DNA of 59,805 nt, the filler included. It is 4 parts of 4 records of this genome, joined end to end, with 100 filler letters (N's around TTAATTAATTAA, not from the genome) between each part and the next. Parts side by side here need not be neighbours in the genome. Positions count along the whole stretch, not along the records: positions 52,280 to 59,805 come from SRR31156797_5222; 3 more parts are not named here. The stretch is one strand, 5' to 3'. Position numbers and translations under genes: made by a program. The notes beneath the pieces were generated by a model, which ran no database searches, had not been told where the DNA came from, and saw only the letters and a list, made by a program, of their open reading frames with translations. Positions 59,352-59,805 of this stretch are shown piece after piece. Within the stretch, counting starts at the first letter, position 1. Every line of letters begins with the position of its first letter.

Positions 59352-59805
59352 ACACAATCCTGAAAATGACGGGAATCTGCAAATCCTTCGGACCTGTGAG
59401 GGTCCTGAAGAGCATCGATTTCACCTTGGGCAAAGGGGAGATCGTCGGTCTGGCCGGCGCCAACGGAGCGGGGAAGTCCACTCTGATGAAGATCCTGAAC
59501 GGGGTATACTCCCTGGATGACGGCAGCATAGAGGTCAATGGGAAGATCGCCGATTTCAGCTCCCCCCGGGAGTCCGCCCGGGCGGGGATCGCCATGGTTT
59601 TCCAGGATTTCAGCCTGGTTCCCACCCTGTCGGTCTGGGAGAATCTCTTTCTCGGCCACGAGCCTCTTAAGAAGAACGGGCTGATAGACAAGGCCTTCTG
59701 TATACGGGAATCCCGAAGGCTCTTCGACAGGTTGCAGGTGGATATCGATCCGGAAATCCTCCTGGAGAAACTTCCCGTGGGCAAGCAGCAGCTTGTGGAG
59801 ATCGC
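59342..59805 (+). CDS. Sugar ABC transporter ATP-binding protein (RbsA/MglA-like), 3'-truncated; absent from the ORF track
   Basis: Manual translation MAVDTILKMTGICKSFGPVRVLK...GANGAGKSTLMKIL...VFQDFSLVPTLSVWENLFLG...LPVGKQQLVEI. Confidence 0.93.
   Translation, partial: MAVDTILKMTGICKSFGPVRVLKSIDFTLGKGEIVGLAGANGAGKSTLMKILNGVYSLDDGSIEVNGKIADFSSPRESARAGIAMVFQDFSLVPTLSVWENLFLGHEPLKKNGLIDKAFCIRESRRLFDRLQVDIDPEILLEKLPVGKQQLVEI

Noticed and set aside
58170-59784. Minus-strand ORFs of 337, 132 and 156 aa
   Set aside because: Antisense shadows of the YhfX-like gene and the ABC ATPase.

Overview
The window is not one locus. It is four unrelated contigs joined by artificial 100-nt spacers (44 N + TTAATTAATTAA + 44 N) at 15161-15260, 45818-45917 and 52180-52279. 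Taxonomy below is inferred from gene content and sequence style only. Contig 1 (1-15160, GC-rich, Desulfobacterota-like) has a ppx/gppA-guaB-guaA-dnaE operon, an ADP-ribosylglycohydrolase and tRNA-Lys(CTT). A ~5.5 kb repeat-bounded accessory islet follows the tRNA (secreted protein, GT8, two MFS transporters, a duplicated 82-bp promoter-like element, a probable transposase remnant). After it come a VPLPA/PEP-CTERM protein, an MBL hydrolase and an RnfB-like 3' end. Contig 2 (15261-45817, AT-rich Bacteroidota) has a TPP riboswitch with an extra hairpin, two thioredoxins, a CCA enzyme, a monomeric [FeFe]-hydrogenase and a 3169-aa T9SS SprB-like adhesin with its PorP/SprF partner. It also has a MacAB-like exporter with a sigma-54 two-component system, rex and a tRNA 3' fragment. 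Contig 3 (45918-52179, Bacteroidota) is fecR-susC-susD. Contig 4 (52280-59805, Spirochaetia-like) holds the best candidate for an undescribed system: a soluble histidine kinase whose input domain is a complete sugar-ABC (CUT2) ATPase domain (ABC NBD-PAS-HisKA-HATPase). It is coupled to a sigma-54 response regulator and lies divergent from a sigma-54-promoted sugar ABC operon that also carries a YhfX-like PLP enzyme. This layout suggests a transporter-docking (flux-sensing) regulator, which is inference and untested.
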